A DNA stretch of 64,000 nt from an uncultured Bacteroidales bacterium. Lineage in GTDB: Bacteria > Bacteroidota > Bacteroidia > Bacteroidales > DTU049. This document shows positions 44,947 to 54,486 of this stretch, piece after piece (positions within the stretch are counted from its first letter, which is position 1; the number at the start of each line of letters is the position of its first letter). The position numbers and the translations under genes are program-made. The notes under the pieces were generated by a model. The model worked only from the letters and a program-made list of their open reading frames with translations, was not told where the DNA came from and did no database searches. Location of the stretch: positions 3,828 through 67,827 of the forward strand of contig CAZGIW010000007.1 in the NCBI GenBank assembly GCA_964526285.1, in the 5' to 3' direction.

Positions 44947-46275
44947 TTATGTTTGTTTTAGTTTTCTGTTAAGTAAATGATTGATGAAATATAGAAGCAG
45001 ACCGCTGAATACAGTTGCAAGCCCGAGTAGTGATTCCGTTGTTTTTTCTGTGAGCAGGAAGAATAATGTCCAGCTCATAATTACAAGAAAAAGGATTGGG
45101 ACAATGGGATAACCAAAAGTTTTGTATGGTCTTTCAATATTTTTGTAGCGCAATCTGTGCACAAAAATTCCAGCCACTGCAAGAAAAGTGAATAAATTCA
45201 GAGTGAAACCCGTATATGTGAGCACAGCCTCAAATGAACCTGTGATAATCATAATCAGACTGATAAAGGATTGCACAAGTATGGCATACACAGGGATACT
45301 TTTTTTGTTTTTCAGAGAAAGAAATTGCAGAAGTTTGTAGTCTTCGCCCATAACCTGAGATACACGTGGTCCAACAAACACCATTGAGCTTATTGATGAA
45401 ACGAGCAGAAATGAAATGAGCATTCCCATAATATCTCCTCCTGTTTTTCCGAAAATATGAAAAGCAGAAATATAACCCACATCAACCTGAGCTTCCATTT
45501 CATTCACTGGCGCCGTAAGAAGGAATGTATAATTGAGAAGTACATATAAAATTGTGACAATGATTGTTCCCAAAAACAATGATTTTGGTAGAAGTTTGGC
45601 AGGATTTTTAATTTCGCTTGCAATGTAGGATGAGGCATTCCATCCAGAATATGCATAGGTAACATAGATGAGAGAAACTGCAAATGCAGGACTGATAATT
45701 TCGTTCCAGCTGACAGAGTCAGGGATAAGTGTAATATTCTGATAAAATGGAGTGATAAGAAATCCGCAGAAAATGAAAACAATAATCAGCAAAACTTTAA
45801 AAATGGTAAAAATATTCTGAAAGCGGCTTCCCTGTCTCACATCCCATGAATGGATTGCAGTAATAACCAACAGAGTAGAAATGGCAACCCATACAGATGA
45901 AAGCTCAGGAAATACTTTGTTTGTATATGTGCCGAGAGCCATACTTGCCAATGCTACGGGGGCTGCAAATCCAACGGTAATAGAAATCCACCCGGCCAAA
46001 AATCCAATAACGGGGTGATATATTTGTGTGAGGTAATTGTATTCTCCACCTGAACGAGGCATAGCAGCTCCCAGTTCGCCATATACCAGCGATCCGCATA
46101 GTGCAATAACTCCTCCAAGAAGCCATAAAAATATAATAGCAAAAGGAGTTTTTATGCCCATGAGCTGAAATCCCAGTGAAGTGAACACACCAGTTCCAAT
46201 CATATTGGCAATAACAAATGAAGTGATAGTGAATAAACCCAGTTTTACAGCTGTATTTTTTAGGTCTTTGCTCAT
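44947..46275 (-). CDS. APC superfamily amino acid permease
   Basis: About 12 predicted TM helices. The N-terminal pattern GTGVFTSLG...GGVIALCGSLVYGELGAAMPRSGGEY is typical of APC transporters. I prefer the ATG at 46275 over the TTG at 46326. Confidence 0.8.
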   Translation of the reverse strand: MSKDLKNTAVKLGLFTITSFVIANMIGTGVFTSLGFQLMGIKTPFAIIFLWLLGGVIALCGSLVYGELGAAMPRSGGEYNYLTQIYHPVIGFLAGWISITVGFAAPVALASMALGTYTNKVFPELSSVWVAISTLLVITAIHSWDVRQGSRFQNIFTIFKVLLIIVFIFCGFLITPFYQNITLIPDSVSWNEIISPAFAVSLIYVTYAYSGWNASSYIASEIKNPAKLLPKSLFLGTIIVTILYVLLNYTFLLTAPVNEMEAQVDVGYISAFHIFGKTGGDIMGMLISFLLVSSISSMVFVGPRVSQVMGEDYKLLQFLSLKNKKSIPVYAILVQSFISLIMIITGSFEAVLTYTGFTLNLFTFLAVAGIFVHRLRYKNIERPYKTFGYPIVPILFLVIMSWTLFFLLTEKTTESLLGLATVFSGLLLYFINHLLNRKLKQT

Positions 46276-46375
46276 TATGTTTTTGAATAAGTTTGCAAAG
46301 TAAATTGAAAAAAATATTTTGAGCAAACTTATTTTATTATGGCAACATCACGACTCAATAGTAAATCGTTTTCTT

Positions 46376-47245
46376 TTATTCAATCCCCCTGAAAAACCTC
46401 ATAATATTATCCACTTCTGATGCCCAGTATTCGTAATCATGCCCTGCTTCGGGAAGATGAAGCTCAGTTTTCAGACTGGGATTGTGTTTCTTAAGAGAAT
46501 CGTAAAATAATTGAGACTGAGAATAAGGTGTTACTTTGTCAGATAATCCGTGTCCCAAATAAATTGGAGTTTGCATTTCAGAAATTCGAAATACAGGGTT
46601 TTCAATGGTTGTCCATCTTTCAGGAAACTGGTTGTATGGTCCCCAAAATCCCTGATGCACTCTGTCGTTTGGTATGGCCGACTGGTCAAAATCGCCTGAA
46701 AGTGCCGCAGCACCTGTAAACAACCATGGCATTTGCTGACAAACCATTGCCACACCTCTTCCACCAGTTGATAAACCCACAATAAAATTTCGTTCACCAT
46801 CTACAAGCAGACACATTTTCTGTAGCTCTGGTATAACAGTCTCTGTTAGCCACAAAAGTCCGGGAAATACTGAATAATCAGGTCTTGTTTCAGGATAAAT
46901 ATTTGTATGAAAGTTGCTTTTTCCCATGTGAGGCATCACAACACAATAGCCATCTTCAATGGCATGACTGCAGAGTTTTGTTTTTGTACACCAGTCATCA
47001 GCCGGAAAATTCCATCCATGAAGTAGAAGAAATGTGCCTTTTTTTTCATCAGGTGTGCATAATTTTACGCTCACATCATGTTCGCTAATTTGAAATGTTG
47101 TATCTGAAACAGGCAACATCTTGGTGCAGGTGTATTTAGTAGTATCTTTAGCCAAAATTTCATCATCCGGTTTTTCAGTATCCTTAGGATTGCATCCATA
47201 CATCGCAACTAAAAAACTAAAAAAATAAAAAATTACATTTTTCAT
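46376..47245 (-). CDS. alpha/beta hydrolase (esterase-like) lipoprotein
   Basis: Signal plus lipobox (AMYGC), nucleophile elbow GLSTGG (GxSxG), and later HGLSD and GHDY motifs consistent with a Ser-Asp-His triad. Confidence 0.7.
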   Translation of the reverse strand: MKNVIFYFFSFLVAMYGCNPKDTEKPDDEILAKDTTKYTCTKMLPVSDTTFQISEHDVSVKLCTPDEKKGTFLLLHGWNFPADDWCTKTKLCSHAIEDGYCVVMPHMGKSNFHTNIYPETRPDYSVFPGLLWLTETVIPELQKMCLLVDGERNFIVGLSTGGRGVAMVCQQMPWLFTGAAALSGDFDQSAIPNDRVHQGFWGPYNQFPERWTTIENPVFRISEMQTPIYLGHGLSDKVTPYSQSQLFYDSLKKHNPSLKTELHLPEAGHDYEYWASEVDNIMRFFRGIE

Positions 47246-47351
47246 AATAAGCTAATAAGGTTACATTCTTTTTTGGTTTGCATTGTGCTTTTTTATTAAA
47301 ACTTTCATGATAAAACAATAAAGTTTGTTTTTACAGGATTATCTTTTGGCA

Positions 47352-47387
47352 AAAATAAAAAAAAAGCCCTTCGGCAAACCGGGGGGC
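47352..47387 (-). terminator. rho-independent terminator of the ferredoxin gene
   Basis: 9-bp stem GCCCTTCGG-caaa-CCGGGGGGC (two G-U pairs). On the minus strand it is followed by a long U run (plus-strand aaaaataaaaaaaaa), 31 nt after the stop. Confidence 0.6.
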
Positions 47388-47417
47388 TTTTTGAATAAAA
47401 AATTTTATGCAAAATGT

Positions 47418-47585
47418 TTATTCGGGATGAATTGCTTCAACCGGGCAAACATCAGCGCAAGCACCGCAATCTGTGCAGATTTCGGGATCAATTTTGTAAA
47501 TGGGACCTTCTGCAATAGCTTCAACTGGACATTCATCAATGCAGGTGCCGCAAGCAGTACAATCATCTGTAATTACGTAAGCCAT
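47418..47585 (-). CDS. 2x[4Fe-4S] ferredoxin
   Basis: Two CxxCxxCxxxCP motifs (CTACGTCIDECP and CTDCGACADVCP). Length is 55 aa from the ATG at 47585; the track start is an upstream TTG. Confidence 0.9.
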   Translation of the reverse strand: MAYVITDDCTACGTCIDECPVEAIAEGPIYKIDPEICTDCGACADVCPVEAIHPE

Positions 47586-47856
47586 GATTTTTATTATTTT
47601 GTGTTTGTGCTGCAAAAATAGAAAAAAACTCAAAACAGAAACATATTTATTTACAAAAAATGAAATTTATAGTAATTTTAAATAAGGGATTTTGTAATGA
47701 AACTCAGACAGAGAAATAAATAGAATAGATAAATATAATTCCATTTACCATAGGAGTGGTTTAAATTTTTTTTTAGTTATTAACATATTGATAAATATTC
47801 GTTAAAAACTTGCAAAATTTTTTTTCATAAAAAGTCAGGGATATTATAGAAACCTA

Positions 47857-47864
47857 TAATTTTG
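47857..47864 (+). promoter_or_regulatory. -7 promoter box (TAATTTTG)
   Basis: Exact TAnnTTTG 27 nt upstream of the ATG at 47891. Confidence 0.4.
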
Positions 47865-47890
47865 CCAAAATAATTAATACTTCAATAATA

Positions 47891-49753
47891 ATGAGTAAAG
47901 ATAAACTTATCAAAGAGAAACCCACAGTTGAAAAATCAGCGATTGTGGTTAAGTTTGTTGGTGATTCGGGTGATGGTATGCAGTTGTCAGGAACATTGTT
48001 TGCAGAAACAGCAGCATTGTCCGGAAATGATCTTGCTACATTTCCTGATTTTCCGGCAGAAGTGAGAGCACCACAGAACACAGTTGCAGGTGTTTCAGGA
48101 TTTCAGCTTCAGTTTGGACATGAAAAAATTTATAGTGTAGGAGACATGTGTGATGCACTTATTGCTATGAATCCTGCATCATTAAAATCAAATTTGAAAT
48201 GGGCAAAGGATGGTGCATTAGTTATTACAGATTCAGATGCATTCAATGAAAAAACCATTGAAAAAGCTGGTTATACAACGAATCCACTTGAAGACGGAAC
48301 ATTAGAAAAGTATAATATTATTAAAGCCCCAATTACCACATTAACCAAAAAGAGTCTTGAAGGGATGGAAGGTGTTGATAATAAACAGGCTTTGCGATCA
48401 AGAAATATGTTTGTTTTGGGAATGTTGTATTATATTTTTGATAAACCACTCAAACATACATATGAGTTTTTTGAAATTAAATTCAAAAAAAATCAGTCTG
48501 CACTCAACTCCAACAAGGTTGTACTCAAATCGGGATATGATTATGCTGAAACTGTTGAGGCGATTCATCAGACTATCACAGTTCCCAAAGCACCAATGGT
48601 GAAGGGACGCTACAGAAATATTACAGGAAATGTAGCAGTTGCATGGGGATTGATGGCTGCTGCCGAAAAATCACGAAGACATTTGTTTCTTGGGTCATAT
48701 CCAATCACACCAGCCACAGAGATTTTGATGGAGCTTTCTAAGCATAAAAGTTTAGGAATCAGAACATTTCAGGCAGAAGATGAAATTGCGGGAATTTGTT
48801 CTGCAATTGGAGCCAGCTTTGCCGGTGCGTTTGCTTGTACAACAACATCAGGACCGGGGCTTTCGCTCAAATCTGAAGCAATGGGTTTAGCAGTGATTAC
48901 TGAATTACCACTTGTTATCGTGAATGTACAAAGGGGTGGCCCTTCAACAGGATTGCCAACAAAGTCTGAACAATCAGATTTATTGCAGGCACTGTACGGA
49001 AGAAATGGAGAAGCTCCTATGATTGTGATGGCTGCTTCTACTCCCGTGGATTGTTTCTATGCTGCTTTTGAAATTTCAAAACTTTCTCTTGAACACATGA
49101 CACCTGCCATATTGCTCACAGAAGGTTATCTTGGCTTTGGTTCGGAATTGTTTAGAATTCCCAAAATGTCAGAACTTCCAGATATTAAACCTCCTTATGC
49201 CAATCCTAAAAAATCTTACAAACCATACGAAAGAGATCCTGATACACTTGCACGATATTGGGCAATTCCGGGAACTCCGGGTCTGAGACATAGAATTGGT
49301 GGGTTGGAAAAGACAAATATTGATGGTGTCGTTTCTACTGATCCCCATAATCATGAATTGATGGTGAAACTGAGAGAAGAGAAAGTGCTGAAAGTGGCTG
49401 ATAAAATTCCTGATCAGGAAGTGTATGGGAGTAAAGATGATGAATTACTTGTTGTTACATGGGGTAGCACACTTGGTGTTGTGCGAAAAGCAATTGAAGA
49501 AGCCAGAGCCGAAGGACAAAAAATTGCACACACTCATTTCAGATACATCTATCCTTTACCAAAAAATACTGAAAAATTACTCTCTCAATACAAAAAGATT
49601 CTTGTGTGTGAATTGAATAACGGACAGTTTGTTAAATACTTACGTATCAGTTTGCCACATATACCCTACAAACAGTTCAATAAAGTGCAGGGACAACCTT
49701 TCAATATTAAAGAATTAAGAGAGCAGTTTACACAAATTTTAAAGGAGAAATAG
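47891..49753 (+). CDS. korA: 2-oxoacid:ferredoxin (acceptor) oxidoreductase, alpha subunit (fused gamma-alpha type)
   Basis: 620 aa. The N-terminal gamma-like domain (GDSGDGMQLSG) precedes the alpha domain (GSYPITPATEIL, GPGLSLK). It is immediately followed by the beta subunit. Confidence 0.8.
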   Translation: MSKDKLIKEKPTVEKSAIVVKFVGDSGDGMQLSGTLFAETAALSGNDLATFPDFPAEVRAPQNTVAGVSGFQLQFGHEKIYSVGDMCDALIAMNPASLKSNLKWAKDGALVITDSDAFNEKTIEKAGYTTNPLEDGTLEKYNIIKAPITTLTKKSLEGMEGVDNKQALRSRNMFVLGMLYYIFDKPLKHTYEFFEIKFKKNQSALNSNKVVLKSGYDYAETVEAIHQTITVPKAPMVKGRYRNITGNVAVAWGLMAAAEKSRRHLFLGSYPITPATEILMELSKHKSLGIRTFQAEDEIAGICSAIGASFAGAFACTTTSGPGLSLKSEAMGLAVITELPLVIVNVQRGGPSTGLPTKSEQSDLLQALYGRNGEAPMIVMAASTPVDCFYAAFEISKLSLEHMTPAILLTEGYLGFGSELFRIPKMSELPDIKPPYANPKKSYKPYERDPDTLARYWAIPGTPGLRHRIGGLEKTNIDGVVSTDPHNHELMVKLREEKVLKVADKIPDQEVYGSKDDELLVVTWGSTLGVVRKAIEEARAEGQKIAHTHFRYIYPLPKNTEKLLSQYKKILVCELNNGQFVKYLRISLPHIPYKQFNKVQGQPFNIKELREQFTQILKEK

Positions 49754-49755
49754 TC

Positions 49756-50799
49756 ATGGAACAAGAATCTATCAATAATACAATCGGCAGAGCAGCAGGT
49801 ACATTGACAAAAGAGGATTTTATCAGTGATCAGATGGTGAAATGGTGTCCTGGATGCGGAGCACATTTTATACTCAATGCTGTTGAAAAAGTGTTTCCTC
49901 AAATTGGATATAAACCTGAAAACTTTGTTATTGTTTCAGGTATCGGGTGTTCTTCAAGATTTCCATATTATGTAAATACATATGGTTTTCATGGAATTCA
50001 CGGACGTGCACATGCAATTGCATCTGGTGTAAAACTTGCCAATCCGGGACTCAGTGTTTGGATTGCTACAGGTGACGGTGACTCTATGGCCATTGGAGGT
50101 AATCATTTTATTCACATCATTAGAAGAAATATTGATGTGAATATTCTTCTGTTCAATAACCAGATTTATGGACTTACAAAAGGACAGTATTCTCCTGCTT
50201 CTCCAATGGGAAGTGTGACTAAAACATCACCTTACGGAACAATTGAAAATGCTTTTAATACAGGAAATCTCGTACTCGGCGCACAGGGAACTTTTTTTGC
50301 ACGTGCCGTGGATAATAATATTCCTCTCATGACAAAAATTATGTTCCAGGCTGCAAAACATGATGGAACATCAGTTATGGAAATCATGCAAAACTGTATA
50401 GTTTTCAATGATAAGGCTCATGCTGCAATTACAGATAAAGAATTCAGAGATGAAACTCAACTCATATTGGAACATGATAAGCCAATGATTTTCGGTAAAG
50501 AAAAAAATAAAGGAATTGTCATTGACGGAACACAATTGCGTGTTGTGGAAATTGGCAAAAACGGAGTTACAGAAAGTGATATCCTGGTGCACGATAAATA
50601 TTCACAAGATCCTGGGATTCACAGAATGCTTGTAAGGATGGCTCCACCTGAATTTCCAATGGCATTAGGTGTTATCAGATCTGCCTTTGCTTCAACTTAT
50701 GATGATTTGATGATTGAACAAATCAGTCAGCAACGTCAGGCAGGAAAAATCAGATCAATGGAAGACCTGCTCAATAGCGGTGATACCTGGGATATGTAG
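49756..50799 (+). CDS. korB: 2-oxoacid:ferredoxin oxidoreductase, beta (TPP-binding) subunit
   Basis: WCPGCG motif and TPP-binding GDGDSMAIGGNH...N. There is a 2-nt gap after korA. Confidence 0.85.
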   Translation: MEQESINNTIGRAAGTLTKEDFISDQMVKWCPGCGAHFILNAVEKVFPQIGYKPENFVIVSGIGCSSRFPYYVNTYGFHGIHGRAHAIASGVKLANPGLSVWIATGDGDSMAIGGNHFIHIIRRNIDVNILLFNNQIYGLTKGQYSPASPMGSVTKTSPYGTIENAFNTGNLVLGAQGTFFARAVDNNIPLMTKIMFQAAKHDGTSVMEIMQNCIVFNDKAHAAITDKEFRDETQLILEHDKPMIFGKEKNKGIVIDGTQLRVVEIGKNGVTESDILVHDKYSQDPGIHRMLVRMAPPEFPMALGVIRSAFASTYDDLMIEQISQQRQAGKIRSMEDLLNSGDTWDM

Positions 50800-50874
50800 A
50801 GAACCTGTTGTTTAATTATTAATGTTTAATTCTTAATTCTTAATGATTAAGGAATGATTAAATCATTACAGATT

Positions 50875-51010
50875 CGTCATTGGCTGACTAGTAGTTCGCT
50901 GATTCGTCCCCAGCCGTAGGCTTCACTTTCCCAAGCCAAAGGCTTCCCTTTGGGATAGGGATCACCATGGGACGGGATAGGAATCACGATCCCGAAGGGA
51001 CAAGTCGGGA
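50875..51010. repeat. partial member of the intergenic modular repeat family
   Basis: It shares gtagttcg, gtaggcttc and gggatcac(c/g)atg sub-modules with 43421-43520. It also contains short hairpins (CCCAAAGGG-like, GGGATAGG repeats). It lies between convergent genes. Confidence 0.5.
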
Positions 51011-51062
51011 TAATTAGTAGAAGCATCCGCTAGTTTAAATTAATGAAATAAACAAAACTCGT

Positions 51063-52442
51063 TCAACCCTCAACAACAATCTTCCTAAACGCTTCTCCTC
51101 TTTCTTCAAAATTTTTAAACTGGTCATAACTTGATGCCGCAGGCGAAAGTAAACAAATTTCATCCTTCGCAGTTAACGAAATTGCATGTCTAACACTTTG
51201 TTCAAATTCCTGATGATAAAAAAGATGCTTATTGTGGGTGCGTTTGTGGGTTTCTTCATACATTCTCAATCCTGCATCACCGTAAAAACAAATTGTATTC
51301 ACATTGCCAGAAAAAATCTGAGTTAGAAATTTATCATAGGGCAATCCTCTGTCCATTCCTCCAAGAATAAGAGTCGTAACAGGATTAAGAGCCTCTATGG
51401 CAGCAAGTGTTGCCTCAGGAATAGTGGCAATGCTGTCATTGTAAAAAATTCTGCCACTTTGTGTTACGATTTTTTCCATTCTATGGGGCAAACCAATGAA
51501 TGTTTTAAGCCCTGTATGTATTTCGTCAATATTCAGGTTCAGAAAATGACAGGCACAAACAGCTGAAAGACAATTAGATACATTGTGTTTCCCTTTAAGC
51601 TGCAATTCATCCACACAAATCACTTGCTTCGTTTTTTCATTCCTGTGACAAATAATATTGTCTTTAACAAAAGCACCGATGAGTCCATGATCACGCAGCG
51701 AGTAATGCAAAATATCAGCAGGGGTATGTTCAAACGTAGCCATAACCTCATTTTCATCATTATTGAGTATGATGCAGTCATGCTTCTTCTGATATTTGAA
51801 AATATTTCTTTTCGCATTGTAATATCGTTCATTATCAGGATAATAATCCAGATGCTCAGGGAAAAGATTGAGCAAGATAGCAACTTTTGGAGCTGAAGAA
51901 ATGTATTGTAACTGATGTGACGATACTTCAAATACCGCATAATCAACAGACTGCAGTTGTTCTATCACATCAAATGGAGGAATACCAATATTTCCTGCCA
52001 GGGGAATATTGTTGTATTTCACATTCAACATATGAGCAATAAGTGATGAGGTGGTGCTTTTTCCTTTGGTTCCAGTAATGGCAACAATCTTTTGTCCAAA
52101 ATGCCGGAAAATAAAATCTGTTTGTGAACTTATTTTTACCTGTGGCGGAACTACAGTGCCGAACAATGGAATACCTGGTGAAATAAAAATATAATCTGTT
52201 TTGTTGAAAATATTCAGATAATCTTTTCCCTCAAGTATCTCAATATAAGCATCATTATTCAATAACTGATTTGAAATGGCATTGGGGTTTTGATCTGCAA
52301 TAACAAGTTTCAAATCAGGGCAATACTTGCGAATAAGCATATATGTAGATTTCCCTTCGCGACCAAAACCAAGGATTCCCACATGCCTGTATGGTGCAAA
52401 TTCCTGTTTAAACAGTTCTGACAAATTCTCTAAGCTGTTCAT
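51063..52442 (-). CDS. murD: UDP-N-acetylmuramoyl-L-alanine--glutamate ligase (MurD family; possibly MurD2 type)
   Basis: N-terminal Rossmann GILGFGREGKS and the Mur ligase P-loop ITGTKGKSTT. Length is 459 aa. It is not embedded in a dcw/mra cluster in this window. Confidence 0.8.
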   Translation of the reverse strand: MNSLENLSELFKQEFAPYRHVGILGFGREGKSTYMLIRKYCPDLKLVIADQNPNAISNQLLNNDAYIEILEGKDYLNIFNKTDYIFISPGIPLFGTVVPPQVKISSQTDFIFRHFGQKIVAITGTKGKSTTSSLIAHMLNVKYNNIPLAGNIGIPPFDVIEQLQSVDYAVFEVSSHQLQYISSAPKVAILLNLFPEHLDYYPDNERYYNAKRNIFKYQKKHDCIILNNDENEVMATFEHTPADILHYSLRDHGLIGAFVKDNIICHRNEKTKQVICVDELQLKGKHNVSNCLSAVCACHFLNLNIDEIHTGLKTFIGLPHRMEKIVTQSGRIFYNDSIATIPEATLAAIEALNPVTTLILGGMDRGLPYDKFLTQIFSGNVNTICFYGDAGLRMYEETHKRTHNKHLFYHQEFEQSVRHAISLTAKDEICLLSPAASSYDQFKNFEERGEAFRKIVVEG

Positions 52443-53796
52443 ACAAGTTTGTTGTTAAATAATGTTGATTATCAAATTGTTCCATGATTATATTAAAAAA
52501 ACTCTCTTTGCTGATTTCACAAAATAGTTCGTTTTTCATATAGTGTGCAAGCAAAACCGGAAGATTTTTATCAGAATAATGTTGTTTTATGGCAAAACTC
52601 AGTGCCAGATTAATTTCATCAGGTGTGCCTACACATTCAAATGGTTTCACCTCAGCTTTGCCGATGAGTTGATCAAAAACATGAAGTAATTTTTCATTGT
52701 TAAAAATATCATAACCAAAAATTATGTTCACTTTTTTCGGTCCCATGAACGGCAGCATGATGATTGCAGTAAAAAGGCATTTGGAACATTGACCGCACCA
52801 AATATTTTGTTTACTTCCGGTATTGCAGCTTCTGAATAAGTGGTGATACTTGTCAAACCGGCTGAATACATGTGCTATCTGCAACTCTGAAAGAGGTCTG
52901 AGTATGCTGAAGTAATTCATTTGAGGATGGAGATACTGATGAACATATGATTTGAAATCGCTTTCAAACTCAAATGATTTTGAGTATTGATGGTTAATAT
53001 TGGTGCCCGGAACGGTTGCTTCATTTGCACTTGATTCATTACTTAATGCTACGTTTGATATCCCTGTAGCGCAGGAAACAATAAGAGAGTGAAAAGCCAA
53101 AAGAGATGAAAACGGGGTATGACCATTGAGATAGCCCTGGTCATTCAGTTTGAGCAGAAGTGGGTCTATTGTTCTTTCAATAATGAAACAATCAGATATT
53201 GGTATTTCTGCAGCTTCAACAGAGTCAGTCATTGCTTTTCGCGGATTGACCAGCATGGGTTTGACAGTATAATCAGCAGATTTAAGAAATTCAAGACTTA
53301 CAACAGAATCTTTACCTCCGCCCACGGGCACAATATGTGTATCATTTTCAGAAAAACAACATTCAACAGGTTTTAAAGCATTTTCAGACTCACATTGAAT
53401 TTCCATAAATTCTTTCGGGTCAGCATGAATTGAATTTAACCAGAAAAATTCACCCAGTCCCTGAAAATACAATTTTTTCCACCATTGTATCTGTGTATTA
53501 TCAAGCAGAAATGGTTTTATTAGTACTTTTTTTGTGCAAAATGCCTTCCAGTAGCTGATGAGTTCAACCATACCCACGTGAAATAAAAGAATTTTGATAT
53601 CTTCATTATTAATATGTGTGCAACTTTTTAGAAAGAAAGTTGTTTTTGGTTTAAAGAAAAATGTATTATCAACAGAAAACCGGAAAATAACATGAATGGA
53701 ATTACCGTTAATATGATAATCAAAGCCTTCAAATGAAAAAATTTGGTATTTTTCTCTGAGACTAGTATATTTGTCAAAATTTTCCTGACGATTCAT
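52408..53796 (-). CDS. hypothetical protein with PP-loop-like motif; candidate MurL-type UDP-MurNAc-L-Ala-L-Glu epimerase (function inferred, not shown)
   Basis: 462-aa ORF whose 3' end overlaps the murD start by 35 nt. VPVGGGKDSV resembles the SGGxDS ATP-pyrophosphatase loop, and a CGQCSKC cysteine motif is present. The coding call is solid; the functional call rests only on context. Confidence 0.45.
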   Translation of the reverse strand: MNRQENFDKYTSLREKYQIFSFEGFDYHINGNSIHVIFRFSVDNTFFFKPKTTFFLKSCTHINNEDIKILLFHVGMVELISYWKAFCTKKVLIKPFLLDNTQIQWWKKLYFQGLGEFFWLNSIHADPKEFMEIQCESENALKPVECCFSENDTHIVPVGGGKDSVVSLEFLKSADYTVKPMLVNPRKAMTDSVEAAEIPISDCFIIERTIDPLLLKLNDQGYLNGHTPFSSLLAFHSLIVSCATGISNVALSNESSANEATVPGTNINHQYSKSFEFESDFKSYVHQYLHPQMNYFSILRPLSELQIAHVFSRFDKYHHLFRSCNTGSKQNIWCGQCSKCLFTAIIMLPFMGPKKVNIIFGYDIFNNEKLLHVFDQLIGKAEVKPFECVGTPDEINLALSFAIKQHYSDKNLPVLLAHYMKNELFCEISKESFFNIIMEQFDNQHYLTTNLYEQLREFVRTV

Positions 53797-53849
53797 TGAA
53801 ACGGTATAATTTTTGAAAAACGCTCAAAATTAGCAAATATTCACAAATC

Positions 53850-54434
53850 ATGACCCACAAGTTTGAAATTAAGTCAAATTCTCAGAAACCTGCAACAGGA
53901 AAGATACTCATATCAGAGCCTTTGCTGCAGGATGCCTATTTCAGGCGTTCGGTTGTGTTGTTAATTGAACATTCTGAACAGGAAGGCACGGTTGGTGTAA
54001 TTCTGAACAAACCTCTTGATGTGACTTTTAATAAGGTAGTCAAAAATTCCCCGGTGCTTGAAGCAGGGATGTATCTTGGGGGACCTGTTGAAACAGGGAA
54101 TGTGTATTTTCTGCACACACTTGGCGACAGAATAGAAAATTCAATAGAAATCAACAAAGGTCTTTTTTGGGGAGGAAATATTGAGCAGGTGAATGAACTC
54201 ATCAGACTGAATATCATTTTACCTGAAAGTATCAGGTTTTTTATAGGTTATTCGGGTTGGGAGCCAAAACAACTGGACAATGAGTTGAAATTAAACAGTT
54301 GGGCTATTGTAAAAGCAACATCTAAAGAAATATGGAAGCAGACTCCCTCCGGTCTTTGGCTGGCAATGGTGAATAAACTTGGCAATAACTACGATTTCTG
54401 GAAAAAAATGCCCGAAGATCCTTTGATGAATTGA
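53850..54434 (+). CDS. YqgE/AlgH family protein (UPF0301)
   Basis: GKILISEPLLQDAYFRRSVVLLIEHSEQEGTVGVILNKP and YLGGPVE are typical of the family. Length is 194 aa. Confidence 0.8.
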   Translation: MTHKFEIKSNSQKPATGKILISEPLLQDAYFRRSVVLLIEHSEQEGTVGVILNKPLDVTFNKVVKNSPVLEAGMYLGGPVETGNVYFLHTLGDRIENSIEINKGLFWGGNIEQVNELIRLNIILPESIRFFIGYSGWEPKQLDNELKLNSWAIVKATSKEIWKQTPSGLWLAMVNKLGNNYDFWKKMPEDPLMN

Positions 54435-54486
54435 TTAAATCAATATGGCATGGCTAAACGGGAGAAACACGCTTTGCCATGTACTT

